Below are positions 48,633 through 63,358 of a stretch of DNA of 64,000 nt, in pieces. A program made the translations under genes and the position numbers. Numbering within the stretch: the first letter of the stretch is position 1; each line of letters begins with the position of its first letter. The stretch is from NCBI RefSeq assembly GCF_037042905.1, contig NC_087245.1:1986001-2050000 (forward strand), read 5' to 3'. The notes beneath the pieces are model-generated. The model had not been told where the DNA came from, ran no database searches, and saw nothing but the letters and a program-made list of their open reading frames with translations. The DNA is from Lytechinus pictus. Its lineage: Eukaryota.

Positions 48633-51600
48633 AGTGAACTACATACAAAACCAATGCAATGCAATGCTATGTAGATGTATGATGTACATGTTGTACATGG
48701 CTGTGTTAACAGTATAAGAATACATGTACACTCAGAGAGAATTTTCCTTTACTAGGGCTATATACATGTACATGTATGATTATAATTTAATAGCAATTTA
48801 CAAAGTTTCTTTATGATCTAAAAGGGCCCCTGTTTCAATGGATTGGGTCATTTTACTTTAGGGGTGTCCTTTGCCTTAAATTTTGTTGCTGCTTGCTGCA
48901 TATGAATATTGTAAACATATGATGTTCAACAGTGTCATAATGTTATCTATACTAAGAATCATGCACATCTGTTGCTTTTTAAATGTCTTTGGAAATTATT
49001 TTCTAGCTTGATTAGATTGGCTTGTGACTTTTTTTTCTTCAAATTATCACTTAAAAATGCACACAGATAAGAAGAGTGATATAGAAGTCATATAAGTAGA
49101 GGAAAAATTCAGCCGGAATATAATTAAATCAAAACAAAAAAAGAAGAATTTTGTATTTTCATTCTTACAAATAATACCTTTCATCAGTCCAACCAAAACT
49201 CACTTTACACACAAAACATTCTTTAAATTCCCTGTGTGACCAGCTTTGAAAAGATGATGACAAACAATAGAGCATGGAGAACAATTTACCCATTCATGAA
49301 AAGTATAATGTAATTATAAATTGTAATATTTGGGCATTTTGATTTTTTCAAAAGAAAAGAAAAAAAATACATGTAATTAATCATACTGATTGCAACCGTG
49401 CCTCAGCAATTGCCTACTGGTTTCTATATTTCCATCCTGTAGTTGAAAACCATCAATGAAATATGAACATAACAAAAATTCAGAAACAAAGACGAAGAGA
49501 TTGAGGGAGACATTTGCCAGTTATCCAATATCCCTCAAAATAAGTCAAATTAGTCATTCTAATAATTTTGTTGAACTTTGATTTGAAGAGGTCAAAATAC
49601 CACACCCATAAACAAGGATTAGTTGCAATAATTAATGCAATCCTTTTCCAGGTCAGACATTCACAATACACATGTATTAAAAGTTTGGTGGCTCTATCTT
49701 TACCTCTCTATACCAGCAAGATAAACTGCTGCTCTGAGAAATTTATGTGTATTACAATTAGGTTCTAACAATCAATTTTAGCATGTTTAAAGTGTAAAAT
49801 CTATCTGCTCCATCGCCATTCCTGTTTAATTTGTTTCAACAGAATATTTTTGGTATCCTGGTACACTGAGTATGTTTAAATATTTATCTACCATTCTAAC
49901 ATAAAATCACTGCCAACAGAGAAGTTTTATCGGGTTACTATGGCAATCGCATGACTAAGTTTTTCATTTTTATCATTTTATAACACCTAGAAGACACTTG
50001 TTGAATTTTCTGTGATGAAGTATTCCAGGGGTAGTATGAACTACAACCACAAAAATACTATAATACATGTGTAATATACTGCTGAAAATATCATACATAA
50101 AGGTGTACTGTGGAGACATTCTGATGTATCATCATCATGCACTATAGAGAATAGAATATTATTATGAAATATACATGAAGAGCTCTTCAAAATATTGTAA
50201 TAATTCTACCATTCCAATATGGGAAGATTACTTTTGAATCACATTCTGATATCTGAGACAATATCAAGTAGTTTATCTTAATGCAACAAAAAGCAGATGT
50301 AATACAGGGTCAATGCCAATAAAATAATTCAGATATTATGCATTCCTGAAAGGAGAATATTAATTAGTAATTGAAATACACACTTTTTCCTGTGAAACAT
50401 GATATACAGCTGGATAAGTCATCAAATGTGACTCTTAAAAATGAGTGACAAATAACACAGTTGTCCTATAATCTATAGACAACAAAACTAGTCCTTCTCT
50501 CATTGAATTAAGGCTAATTGGAACAAAATTAATCATATCTTTAAATACTGTGGCTAATTATAGAGCTATTTCTTATCAGTATATTCTGAAGAAAATTCTT
50601 GGCATTCAGAACAAGACTCAATATTACACATAGCAACATGTGCATAAGTTTGTGCATAAGTTTGGCTTTCTTGTAAAAAAATAATAATCATTGGATCTTT
50701 GTCAATACAATTACTTAAGTTTAAAATGAAATGAACATATTCAAATGTCATTTTTAAAGTGTATGTTTTTCAGCTTAAACAATACTCTGGTTCCCTAACA
50801 ACTCTTACATTGTAAAATGTGGGTTTTTTTTCTCTTTCTATGATGGATTTTCACTAAAAACCTTCTTTTATATATTTATCTTGTTTCTCTTCTTTTATCA
50901 AAACCAGCTTGATGACAGAATGTACTTCTGCTCCAAGGGTCATTTCCTATACACTAGCAACATGAGTAAAACTCTTAAAGGAGAATATTAGGCAAGAATG
51001 TGTTAACAATGCAATTATGAATTATCTATAACAAATTATACAATCAATATCCAGGGACCAAGGATATATCCATAGCAACCGAAGGATTCTTTTAAATTTT
51101 AATATCAATGGGGCGACCATTTCAGGCGTTATAATGTAAGTGATTATCTGATATCACGACTTGCATCTGTACACAGACTTTTCAATCCTGCCTGGTTTTC
51201 CTGAATGTCAGTGATCTGCTGAATTGCATAATTTCAAAAAGACTTCCACCCACTTTCATTAATTTCAATCAGCACATCTGCAAAAAGTAGATGCTGCAAA
51301 GTAAATGGCCTGTTTTCCTGTGAACAATAAGTCGACCAATACAAGTATCAAGAAAGAGTCAGAACAATGCATTCACTTGCATTCCTATGGGAGATTGGGC
51401 TGCCCCCCCTCCAAAAAAAAACACATTTAGGTATTGTTTAACATTGTTTTATTGTATTTTTAACAACCTAATTTTGTTCAATTTTCTTGGATATCTGGTT
51501 GATGTAACTTGTTAACACTAAAGGCAACTATAAACATTAATAATAATTAATAGTGAATTATCAATTTCAAACTTGCTCATTTCATTTTCTTTCAAATTAT

Positions 51601-52528
51601 AAAATATCGCAATGTATCCCAAACCCAACCTCAACCCCCCCCCCTTTATTTAGCTTCGTATGCAACTTTATGGTTCAATAATTCATACACACAATCTTTT
51701 CCCTTAATTCTGTTTTAGGAAATGTATTTCTGAGGTCACTATATCCAAAAGGAGGAAATCCCAACCTATGTGTATTTGATCTTTCATGGTATGCTTGCTT
51801 TGTATTATGTTTCACTATCAGTCCAAGGTCAGTTTCATCTATTGTTTTGTAACAAAAGGATTTTTAGCTTTCATTCTTGGATTATCCATAGCTTTTATGA
51901 TATTTATCTATGAAACACTGTGCAATTAGATGGTAGATTGTTTCATAGGATATCTTATTCATAGTTGAAGAAATACTTCAAGGAAATTTGAAATTAAGTT
52001 TTGGTGGGTCTTGATTAACTATATTTTTGTTATTTGACTTTCTTTTGTTTATATTTTTTAGTATTGTATTGTATGATGGTGTTCAGGACATGAAAAGTAC
52101 ATATCCAGGGATAACAAGTTTTGGAATATGTTAATGTCAACATACATGTATAAATCTGTATTCTACCATTAAAAACCATATTGGTGTACAGTGTAAGCTG
52201 ATTCTAGAGGCAATGTCTCAATAGGTCATATTATTCTAGCATTTTGAGTCATTTTTGTGGAGTATTTTACACCAGGGAAATGCTAGTCACAATACCCTGT
52301 TTAAATTAAAGTCTTTGAGGTTTGGAGCTATATAGCTCTTGTTTTATATTGTATTCATTGAATTTTTTACTACCTTGTTGGTGTAGTTTCTGAAAATCTA
52401 TTTAATGCTGAAATGGACGTATGCTAAACTTGATCAGTTTTTCAAATAGTGTCAACGTTCAATAATAATAATATCTACTGTACCTTCCAAATTGTTTAAA
52501 GTTCTAAATAAATGTTCTAGGTACAAAA

Positions 52529-52736
52529 GGTGACACGACATTTGCTCCTGCGACAATTGCTCCAGGCTTAATTTCATCCTAGATGTAGGGTGAAGGTTGC
52601 AATAGGGTTTTACGTTAGGTTTAGGGTTGAGTTTAGGATAGGGTATAGTGTTAAACCCAGGGTTGGAGTTGGTCATTCAATTAGTGTGTGGAATTTAGAG
52701 TGGTGCAATTGTTGCCAGAGCAAATGTCATGGAACC
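52529..52736. mobile_element. MITE with telomere-like (TTAGGG-related) core
   Basis: TIR GGTGACACGACATTTGCTC / GAGCAAATGTCATGGAACC. Confidence 0.7.
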
Positions 52737-53645
52737 AGTATATACTATTATGCATCTGCCACATGATTTATTTATAGAAAGCTCCCACTTTTTCAACTAT
52801 ATGCTCATGACACCTGTTTGTTACCTTGGTTGACAAAGTTTAAGGACAATTGACACATTTAACCTGGGATCCATTGAATAATATATATATTGTAATATAA
52901 ACAAAAATCAACCTTTATTGAAATTTACTCCAATGAAAACAGAATCAAGTTAATCGATATATGTCCTTAACAGATGTCTCAATGTATGAAAATAATCCTG
53001 AGCCTACCAAACAAGATAGAATAGTTCAATTTGTGAATATACCGGTAATTGCAATTCATAAAAATCTGTACGCGGAGTTCAATTTACTAATTTGAAATAG
53101 GGATACATTTGCATCACAATCTTGCAATCAAATTTAAAAAGCTGAAGTACAAATTGCCAATGATTTTATGAATGTCCCACACCTTGGCCGGTCTCCAAAA
53201 TGTGATTTGAAAAAACTCAATTTTGGAAGAAAAAAAACTAACAAAAAATTAGGTTTATGGAATCAGCAACAAAATGCAACTTGAATTTCAACATATATTT
53301 TTTTTAATTTTGTCACAGAAAACAGCAATTTCATCAAAGCCCAAGTTATTTTTCAAATCAAGAAATGTCTTATTGCCAATAAATCCATGAATATACTGGG
53401 TCTACTGTAAACTTATTTTAGGGAGTAAGTTTATTATTCAAACTTGCAATATGTTTTTGAGAAGAGTTACTTCATATAACATAATAAGAATATAATAAAG
53501 AGTACTATAATCAGGGTGCTTGATCTTATGTCAATCTGTGTTCATGTAAGTCATAGTACTGAAAGTAAAATTTAAAATGCAATGTATTTTACGCATGATT
53601 TTGTCATATATTTCATCATTGGTGACAGCAGAAAGAGATACTTAC

Positions 53646-53739
53646 AATAGAGCTCTCCTATCTCTAGACAATCATAAAGATAGGAGTGAATGAAATCCCA
53701 TTCATCTTTCATACTGAGATCGGTTACGGAGTATTCCAT
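53646..53739 (-). CDS. TRAK1: Candidate alternative first coding exon of TRAK-like gene (MEYSVTDLSMKDEWDF...ELY)
   Basis: gtgATGG start, 94 nt open, T|gtaagt phase-1 donor compatible with acceptor 46734. Confidence 0.55.
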
Positions 53740-56140
53740 CACAATCAAGAACCAGCCTTAGACTGGATCAATAGTTACTGTCAACAGATCTATCTGTTCT
53801 TGCATTTTCAGAAGAGTGGACACCTCTTACAGCAAATTTGGTGTAGGATGGTGTAACTCTCAAACATAAACCAGTACTTGAATGGGGGGGAACTAGAGCT
53901 GTCTCCAGGTTCCTAACTCCAGAAGAAGACAGTATATTTTCAAAATGTTTCTTCAATGTTCAGGATTACATCAATAATGAGGTCCTGCTTCAAGTTGAAT
54001 AATGAACTTGGTCATAATTAGAAGAACAGTATTTCAAGGTCAGAAATATTCTTTTTAGTTAGCAGAGCAACAGGACGTGAATCAGGAGTGTACACCAAGC
54101 ACCTGTTTCCAAACTGCAATTCTACATATTCTGCAGGAGAATTAAGATGCAGAGAGCAGGCTAAGCAGGTGACGGATTCAATCAGATCTTGAGCTCAAAG
54201 ATTAAAAAGTTTTCAGCATATGTTTGTGTGTTCACTTAGCAACTTGGCTTTCCAGAAAATGGGTTGAAATGTGGGTAGAACAGATGCCGCAACCAAGATA
54301 TTTTACCCTTTACAAAACGCTTGTGGTAGAACAAGTGACTTCTCTTCTTCCCGCAAGTGCCAATAGCGGAATGATTTGCAGGTTTCAAGAATACTGAAGG
54401 CAAAATAAGTGTAAAATATGAATAAAGTTCACAAGAGAAATCTCTGCTAATCTTCAAACTAAATGATGATTTAATTTCAGTGTTTTTAGTACGATAAAGT
54501 ATTATTTGGAGAAATATAAGTATCAACAAAAAGTTCCGTTGTCAAAGTAGACTTGGTCACTTTCCAACTGTACTACAGTTCCACTTTCTACTAGTAATAA
54601 TGCTGTATATGAATCAACACAAACGCTGTTGTCTTTCAAAATGTAAAAGGAAATTGAGCAATGGTAATACAGAAAAGGAAAAATCCTGTTGACGCGCAAC
54701 AAAGTCCATGAGCAAAACCTGTAGTTTGGTTTCCTGCTGCAAATTTGTTGGTAACAAAACAAGCATGACTGCAGACAAGACTGAATCTGTGATGGTTCTT
54801 GTAAAGTCTAACACAAAGAACACTTGCTGGAAGTCCAATACAAGAGGCTGTAGAGGTATCATTAATGACTGACTGATCTCACTAGAAGTTCAGTATGCAA
54901 GTTCTTTAGAAGATATAATTTTTGAGTGGATCTTCTAAAATCAGGAACATTTAGTGGAGCACTCACGGTGCTCCACTAATCACAGATGAATAACTTGTAA
55001 GGAACACTCCTATGGCATTTCCACTTTTGTTTCAGTGCCATTGTGGATCGGCGACAATTGGTTTTAAAGAGACCAGGAGATCGCACCCAACAGAGGATGT
55101 CTGGAAAACGGAAACCTGTCGCACGAGCTGGTTTCCTCTTAACTGATGGGATACTGGGCGCGCTGCCTCTAGATGTAGTACTTGAGCAATGTTAATAGTC
55201 GTTTGATTACCAGGGTTATGACCAAAGTACAACATCAATGATTATTTATCATGATGTCATGAATTTATAGTCTCTCATTCATGGATTTGACCGAGGTTTC
55301 ACATTTAACACACAAATCATTGTTGGTTATAGGTTTGCCTGGATTGAGACTACTGACTTTATTCTCCAATATTTGGCGCAAATATTCACTACTGAATGAT
55401 ACGCGCCATATAAGCTAAAAAAACAACAATACTCTGTGTAATTTGATTTCTGTTTAATCATTTTTTTCTCTTTTGTTTCTTCTCGTTTCCTAATTGGGGC
55501 TGCTTTCTCAAAAGGAGACAACAGAGGTCTTGCTCTGCTAATTTAGTAGAATTTTCCATACATGTACCTCCACTATAAAGAAATATCTCATTTTACTACC
55601 CCCTTCTGCTCTGATCATATATACATGTACATGTATACTCTATCTGTGTAAGATCAAATAGATCAAATAAATGTGTGATATGAAAATTACATGTAGTGCT
55701 AATGGGCGATTCCATGCTAGAAAAATCAGCCATTTTCACAAAACTTTTCAACTTGCTGTCTAAACAAACGAGGAATTTCAATTCATACGGGACATTTCTG
55801 AGTCCCGTACGACATACAACATTTTCACCTTTAATTCACCCACAATCAAACATTCTTTGTTGGTTATCATTTTTTCACATGGCTGCCCACTAAAACTTTA
55901 TCATTGACAAAAAAGAAAATTTTATTGCTCAAGGATTCAGCTATTAAAGTGACGAGAAATTGTTGTCGACACGTATGGAATCGCCCTAATGTACATTTCT
56001 CACTTCACTTTTACAATCTCACAATCAAAGTCATGCAAATGAACAATTACTTTTTACTTACTGTCAGTGATACATATTTTTTAATGTGTTGCTGTAAATC
56101 AATAAATGAGATATTAGATAAGATAAATCATGTAACCAAC

Positions 56141-56210
56141 CTATCGATGCCCTGCGCCTCAAGCAGACAGTGCGCAGCTGAAAACCAAGTTCATCTTGTA
56201 GTCTGCCCAT
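56141..56210 (-). CDS. TRAK1: Candidate alternative first coding exon (MGRLQDELGFQLRTVCLRRRASI)
   Basis: aagATGG start, 70 nt, AG|gttggt phase 1. Confidence 0.45.
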
Positions 56211-58643
56211 CTTGAAGATATCTGAAGAGTCCTCAAGGAACCTGGGGAATCCACAGAAAACCTGTCAACCAAAACATCTATTTCCTATCTGGAGATTGTC
56301 AAAGACAACTTCAAGTTTATGATATATCTTTGGGTCGTATCTTTTTAAAGACTTTCCAGTTCTCCAAGAATTCACAAAACTTGACAACAGAGGAATCTTT
56401 GAGATTGACAGCCTTGAGATGGGCAAGTGGTTGCTTATTGGCAGATGTCCATTGACCAACAGTGTATATGTACTTTCAAACAATTTTTGGTCAAAGTTAA
56501 ACAGTTGTTCTTCAAACAGATAGTATTGGATGATCTCAAGAAATGCATCAAAGTGTCTTCCAGCAGTAATTTGTTTAACTGTAGATACGAGAGAGAATGA
56601 GCTCATTGCAACAATTACAAATTGTTTTATTTCTTGGATTTTGGTTCTGGAAGATTATAATTCATGGAAAATCGTGCAGAGGATCACTGATGACACTCAA
56701 GTCCAAACAACCAAGATAAACCTTGTCGAGATCATTCCATCTTGAAGAACTCTCATAAATATGGTGTTTGCTCACGTAGGCATCATGTACATGTATACCC
56801 AAAGCTTACCATGCCCTATCTTTTGCGATCAGTTCTTCAAACAAAAATATTGATATTTCTCGGCCATGGCATTACATAAACAAGTTTGATAGTCCAATTC
56901 ATAAATCATGAAATTACATGAAGCCAATCCTGTTTCCTTTTCACAAGAAATGTTCTTTGAACTACTCGACACAAACAAAATGAACATATGAGATGCCAAA
57001 CATCTTTTAAAGAAAGTACATAAAGTCACTAATGTTCTCTGGAGTATAGGAACACCTTCTACAGGATATGGATTTAAAAAAATCCAACTTGAGAAAATCC
57101 CACAAAAGCCATGAGCACAGCTCAAGATCTGACTTCCAGCAAGGATTAACTCCTTGCTTCCAGTAAGACTGACTTCTTCAAAATCCAACGAGGCAGACAG
57201 CTTAGCCACCTCGGCGCACTAAATGTCTGCCCCCTGCAAATAATTTTATCTAAATGTTTCACTATTTGGAAAGTGGCTCGTGCTACTTTGTCACGTCCAC
57301 ACTGAACATTTTGAGCCAATCTGAAGGTGAATCATGGGTGACATTGATCTTGCGCGTTCGCTAGATTGCCCGTTTTTTAAGAATGCTGATTGGACACTAA
57401 TCACCTGACTGCCTCAAAGGAGAGAGGATAACAGGATTTTGCTAATGTCCTGAAATGATCACCAGGGTTGAGGAAGTCTTGGATCACTGCTTATTAACAG
57501 CTTGAAGAGGATTTCAGAAACAGATCAAGATTAGGAGATTTTTATGATATTTCCACAGTCCTCCTGGATTCATGGTTGGATACGTTGGAGGCATTATCCC
57601 CTCCATTTAGTTTTAATTTTATGATCTGTGCTTTGGGCCAAAAGGTACATGTAGCTAAAGACCGAGTCAATAATTAAAATGATCATAATACTTTCCACTA
57701 AAGGTGGAAAGCACTTACAATCCTTTATGCTAATTTGTTTATCATGGTGTATTGATATTAATTTCCATTCAACAATAAATCAATTCAATTTTTTTTACTG
57801 AAAGAGAGAAAATACTGTGACTAGTTTTAAATTTCAATTCTTTGAAAGAATATAAATATATTATTAATTTCAGCTCTATATGTTAGTTTTTCACCTTTTG
57901 ATGAATTTTAGATTGCCCTTCTGCATATTATGAAAATTCTGTATAAGACAATAATCTTGTTTAAAAATCACAAGGCACTGTACACGCAACCCCATGTCCT
58001 GAAAATAAATCATCCAAAGTACCATGACATGCAAGTGATTAGATTGAAAATAAAAAAGGGAAGTAGATAATTCAATTAGCTCCTAAACACAGTGCAAGAT
58101 GGCCTCAATTACACCCTTCTTATCAGCTCATTTGGTGACAATTTTTCTCTTCTTCAAATCTTGCTAATGAGCTCAAAATATAAAGGAAGCCTACATGTAG
58201 GCCTACAAGTAGGAATAACTCGCATAATTATCATTGTCAGACAATACAGCATATTAATGGTACTAAGTTTGAAATAATAACACATGTAGGCCTACCTTTC
58301 ATGCCCTCCCGAAGGATGCATCAATTACAATTATTTCAGCAATGTCAGAGGATCATAACTGAGGCACATTTAACATGGCTATTTTTTCATAAATTGCTGA
58401 CACTGTATACTATTATTTTGCATAATATTTTAACAGTTTTGTTTTGATAATGACAGTGATCTTTTCATATTTTATCCTTCAAAACAGGGAAATAGACTTC
58501 TATCCAACTTCAGTAGCTTTGTTTTTTCCTTTTTATCTTCATCTAAATCAAGAAGTTTCTGATGAAAAGAATAGTTCACATTAGCATGAAATGTAGCAGA
58601 GCTGTGCTATACATCTTCCAAGATATGTAGGATAAATTGTTAA

Positions 58644-59229
58644 AGGTCAAGTCCACCACAGAAAAATGTTGATTTGAATAAATAGAGAAAAATCAAACTA
58701 GCAAAACTCTGAAAATTTCATCAAAATTGGATGTAAAATAAGAAAGTTATGACACTTTAAAGTTTTGCTTATTTTTCACAAAACAGTGATATGCACAACT
58801 CAAATTGGACAGTCGATGGTGTCCCTCACTCACTAGTTCTTTTGTTTTTTATTGTTTGAATTATACAATATTTCATTTTTTATAGATTTGACAATAAGGA
58901 CCAACTTGACTGCATCATATAGTATAAAACAATGCTCATTCCATATGTTCAGGGAGGAATTAATCGTTGTTTCACTTAACAATGAGGAGAAAAATAGAAT
59001 ATTCCCTATTGCATATAATAAGATATAAAAGAAATAGTGAGTGGATGGCGTCATCCTCATTTGCATACCCACCACGATGTGCATATAACTGTTTTGTGAA
59101 ATTAAGCAAAACTTTAAAATGTCATAACTTTCTTATTTTACATCCTATTTTGATGAAATTTTCAGTGTTATGCTTATTGGATTTTCTCTTTTTATTCAAA
59201 TCAACTTTTTTGAGGGGTGGACTTGTCCT
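58644..59229. mobile_element. Kolobok-like non-autonomous element
   Basis: TTAA|AGG...CCT|TTAA with ~150-bp imperfect TIRs. Confidence 0.85.
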
Positions 59230-59962
59230 TTAACTTCTAAATTCTAATGATATACCTTGGTCACATTTGTCTACGGCCTTTAATGTTGCAGACATGATAC
59301 CAAGTCAACATATAACCCTTCAAACACATAGGCCTAGCCCTACAAATCATGAACCAAAGAATAAAATTGGTCACAATTTCCTTCATTCAATTTCAAACAA
59401 CCTTTCAAACATATTCTTATTCATGTACTTTCAAAATATCCAGGATGTTGTTTACATACATCATTTAGTTTCATAATAAATTCTAGTACAAAAACAGAAT
59501 ACAACAGTTCATGTACATAAACATTTTCCTAAAAATGTGTTTTTTCTCAGAAAATATGTTAATTCTTCCTCTATGTACATGTAGTATCTACCTTTCTAGT
59601 AGAGGGCCTCAACTCTCCCTATCAATTTCTGTTGCCCAGTTGTTGCCCCATCACATGATATGGCCAAGGAGAAAACTACTTCATTATGGCAAGCCACCAG
59701 TACATGTTATGTGTAGTGAAATCCTTACATTCAGTTCAAGTAGAATCTTTGGCACACTGATCAGTAGCGATCACCTAAAGTGGCTTTATCCTAGAACATG
59801 CGATGCCATATTCATTGACAGAATTGCCATGACAACCGTTTCAGAAAGCAAACCCACCTTGTTTACCATCAAATCTATCAGTAGAGAGGCATGAGAGTAG
59901 AAGAAATATCCCAAATATCTTTCTGAAAGTCCTGAAATTTTCTATGTCACAAAATTATTTGC

Positions 59963-60603
59963 AAACTAGAAATTTTACGTGTCCAAAGGACACAGATGCC
60001 CCCGCTTTATAACGCGATCAGAAATTCATTCAATATGATTAAACTTAATATCGTGCAGAAACCAAAATGCATATACATAATGAACAAATTTAGACCTTTG
60101 ACCTAAAAACTCACCCTTTCCATAATAATCTCTGACAGAAGATGGCAGTCAGATCATTTGATGTGACCTGACAGTATTTTGGTGTCATCTACCCAGACAC
60201 CAAGCATTTTTAATATTCTGGTGAATATTTCCAAACTTATCATGTGGAAACCAACTCGCATATATTATGAGATGTGACCTTTGACCTGCGGACTCTGACT
60301 TCGAACTTAGCCTGTATTTTGGTGTCATCAACCTAAGCACTCAAATTTTTTTTAATCCGTTGAATATTTCATAAGTTATCATGCGGAAACCAACTTGCCT
60401 ATTTAATGAGCTGTGACCTTCGACCTGCGGACTCTGAATTCGAACTTAGCCTGTATTTTGTTGTCATCTACCTACACACCAAATATTTTTAAAATCCATT
60501 AAATATTTTTCGAGATATTGTGTGGAAACCAAGTGGGGGGACGGACAGACAGGGGCAACGCTTAATGCCCCCTCCAGACTTCGTTTGCGGGGGCATAAAA
60601 AAT
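59963..60603. mobile_element. Helentron/HINE (DINE-1/Tsp-like) non-autonomous element with internal tandem repeats
   Basis: Subterminal IR ATGCCCCCGC/GCGGGGGCAT, ~140-bp core repeats with TGACCTTTGACCT, GACG/GACA microsatellite, 3' stem-loop and A-run. Confidence 0.7.
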
Positions 60604-61607
60604 GCAATCAGAAGCAATGTGTCATTATTGGTACCTCAAGAAAGTGAATATGAATATAATGAAAGATTTCTTGTGCCGAATTCTATAATCTGCAATTTTT
60701 TGTCACCAAACAGTCAATTGTAAGGAATGATTTCGATATCAAAATCATTCCTTACGATTACAACTGACTGTTATATTAAAAAAAATCTTTTTAGTTTCAT
60801 TTGTTTTCTATCAAATCACATCAGAATGAATAGTTCTCAAAACAGATGTGTACATGTACTGTACATCAATTCATAAGTACTACACATACACTGTACATGT
60901 ACATGAACGGTATCACCAATATACGCCCACTTGCTAATGAGAATATTTTTCCACTGAGCAATATTTCTTACTATTGCCAAGGTTAAAATAAGTTGATTAT
61001 TTGCAAATATGAACAATGGGTGTGTGAAACATCTACATGTAGCAGGGATTTGTGAGTTACGATTCTGTGTGTTGTTTGTTTGCCACTACAACTATGAAAC
61101 TCTTTACTGTTATCATGGCAGAGCAAAAGTATCGAACAGAGTATTTAACATTAATGAATAAAATACTTGGAAAATGCACTTTTACATCCCCTGTTCCTTG
61201 TTTACTGTGTATCAATCTTATAGCATTTGATTTTAAATTTAATATCATTTTAATATGAAATCTCTGCTTGAAATTTGGAGGATAAAGAACTATGTAAATT
61301 ATAATTCCAAATTGATTTCCAAAAATAGATAAAAATTTATTTTGAAAAAATAAAACCAACATTTTTTTAAAGGGTAGATTTAGTTTTAACTCAGATCCTA
61401 CAGCAATATGTGTACTATAATGTAGGCCAAAGTTTTTTTTCTTAAACCGGGGAAGGTTGCTAGCTGGTTATCAATAACAAACTCATTAATGTTTCAATTA
61501 CAACTATCATCATTGACGGTTGCCTGGACTAACATTGTTAGTTGCTATGACCAAGCTGAGAGCAACAGGGGCATGGTGTTTCATAATCAAACTTTTACCG
61601 AGTACTA

Positions 61608-62428
61608 GGGTGCGTTTATCCGCCACTTTTTTACCCTAGAATCATGATCTGAATCATGATTCAAATCACGATTCTGCAGAATCACGATTGCGTTTAGTCG
61701 AAATTGAATATAATCATGATTAGAATCACAAACATGAAACACGAAAAAAGGGGCGTTTGGAAAGACGTTTCTGCAGAATCACGTACGAAAATGTTCGAAT
61801 AAACGATATCGTGATTACAATCATGATTCTATGACCTCACTGTTGTGTCGGGCTATTTTCGGTTTGACTCTTGCCAAGCTCAAGGAGCTCTATATGTTCA
61901 TTGTATGTACATGATTTTGTACTACGCATGCATTTTTTGTCATGTTCAAGTTCTGTGTTGGTCATCGCATCGTCCACTACTTTTCATTTTTTGGTCATGT
62001 CTTCAACTTAAAGTTCTAGTAAATGAATTATCTGGACAGACAATGATCTCAGTTGTTGTTGAGTATACAGTATCAATATTAAATTGGATCTACGCTGAAA
62101 TTCACTTCCGAACCCCATTTTGGATAAACTAACAAGATGAATAGAAGCATATAGAAGTAAACAAAATGAGGTATAGACTGAATTCTGGAAGCAAAAGATT
62201 TTTCGAGAGCCGAAACAGGTGCGAAAAACTTCCTCTGTCAAACTGCGCACTAGTGATGCGCACTGGATTGGCCCGAATCTGAGGAGAAACGGCATTGGAA
62301 TGAAGGTCGTCTAAACGCTGATTCTGTGATATTGTGATTCATGTTTGTGTTTTGAATCATGATTCAAATCATGATTCAAATCATGATTCAAATCATGATT
62401 CTGGCTTGAGGTCGCATAAACGCAGCCC
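61608..62428. mobile_element. MITE with ATCATGATTCAA subterminal repeats
   Basis: GGGTGCGTTTAT / ATAAACGCAGCCC ends, flanked by TA; 12-bp repeats near both ends. Confidence 0.8.
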
Positions 62429-62574
62429 TAGTAACTTCCTTCTCCCTCCATGGATCTGACGATAACTAGAAGGATCCCTCCTTAGCTCCAGTATGATTAA
62501 ATGAAACAATGTGACCCCTGTACCAATCTTATGAGAATTACTGAATTCATATAAAGTCAAAGGGTTTACATTAC

Positions 62575-62647
62575 CTCTGAGGTCCTCTTCATCGTATATC
62601 CAAGCAAGGGGATCTTCATCTTTATCAACTTTGACTGACCTACTCAT
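62575..62647 (-). CDS. TRAK1: Candidate alternative first coding exon (MSRSVKVDKDEDPLAWIYDEEDLR)
   Basis: ATG, 73 nt open, AG|gtaatg phase-1 donor. Confidence 0.55.
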
Positions 62648-63358
62648 AATCTCTCTACCGAGAGTGCATGGAAGTCCAGCACCAACATCATGACAAGAAG
62701 ATGAGAGTCATAATTCCAAATATAATATTCCTCTGGCTATTCAAGATCATATTGTATTAGAGTAGAAAGATGGTGCGAAAAATGTTTCAAGATATATGCT
62801 GTAGATATCAACCAAAGTTATTCCAATATTTTAAACAAATAACAAATCAATCTATAAAACAGCTATCTTAGGTGCTTTCATACATTGCTTCAATATACAC
62901 AGTTCTACAAGCAACATCAAGACTGAGGAAAACAGATAGGTCAATTTCCATGGCAACAGCTCATCTTCCTTCTCATCCTTCAAAACGAAGACAAATTTAT
63001 CAATTTAACCATAATGCTCCTGAAGTAGTAAAACGACAGGTTCCATTACTTGCTATGTTAGCTATTTAATTCATTCCGCACAAATCATCCAGCAGATTCA
63101 GTATCCTCTCTTTGTTGAGAAACGCGAGACCGGTATTATGAAATGTAACTTTATCAACTAAAGAGATGGCAATATGACAATTAGATTGCAGAGTGTCATG
63201 GATGTATGCATAGTCTACAAAATCACATTATCTATCCCCTGTGTCGGTCAGTTGAAGAATAACGTCTTACGGATCACAAGGTCAGGTTTGAAGAGGATGA
63301 AGCTAACTCAAAGGCAGTTTTTCAACACTTCTCAGGGAGAGCTGTAAGCCATACTCAC

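Noticed and set aside
48125..48717. GC-rich overlapping ORFs (also 27713-28723, 35839-36120, 39664-39941)
   Set aside because: They lie inside non-autonomous transposons and show no transposase motifs.
52580..52670. Interstitial telomere
   Set aside because: Degenerate TTAGGG-like core enclosed by MITE TIRs.
56810..57209. 126-aa ORF and ATG|gtaagc donor as a TRAK first exon
   Set aside because: The ORF stops before the donor and the phase does not fit acceptor 46734; at most a 5'UTR exon.
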